Shown: positions 63,917 through 64,000 of the stretch, piece by piece
Layout: every line of letters starts with the position of its first letter
How positions within the stretch are numbered: position 1 is the stretch's first letter
NCBI RefSeq assembly: GCF_009914755.1
Contig: NC_060929.1
Length of the DNA stretch: 64,000 nucleotides
From: the human T2T-CHM13v2.0 reference genome, Homo sapiens
Direction: 5' to 3' (one strand)
Notes under the pieces: generated by a model
Seen by the model: the letters and a program-made list of their open reading frames with translations, nothing else
Database searches by the model: none
Told to the model about the DNA's origin: nothing
Translations under genes and position numbers: made by a program

Positions 63917-64000
63917 TTTTTTTATGGAGATAGGGTCTTGCCATGTTACTCAGGCTGGTTTCAAACTCCTGGCCTCAAGTGATCCTCCACCTTGGCCTCC
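63917..64000 (-). mobile_element. Alu left arm / FLAM running off the window
   Basis: AGGGTCTTGCCATGTTACTCAGGCTGGTTTCAAACTCCTGGCCTCAAGTGATCC. Confidence 0.85.

Overview
This is repeat-dominated primate (human or great-ape-like) non-coding DNA, either intronic or intergenic. I cannot support any host protein-coding exon, RNA gene or CRISPR array, and nearly all short ORFs in the track are Alu, L1 or LTR translations. The window holds about 20 Alus, many MIR/L2 pieces, LTRs (LTR8, MLT1/MLT2, LTR33, MER41A), DNA-transposon fossils and several L1s. The L1s carry the interesting structure: (1) a full-length L1PA2-type element with a ~1.2 kb 3' transduction ending at the poly(A) site of a MER41A LTR, all bracketed by a perfect 22-bp TSD; (2) a 5'-inverted L1PB1 with ~240 bp of non-L1 filler at its inversion junction; (3) a twin-primed L1PA2 nested in an older L1; (4) an antisense L1 3' end inserted at its own homologous position in another L1, forming a hairpin. 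A separate non-TE duplication combines an inverted and a direct copy. Repeat subfamily names come from remembered consensus motifs and need RepeatMasker/Dfam confirmation.
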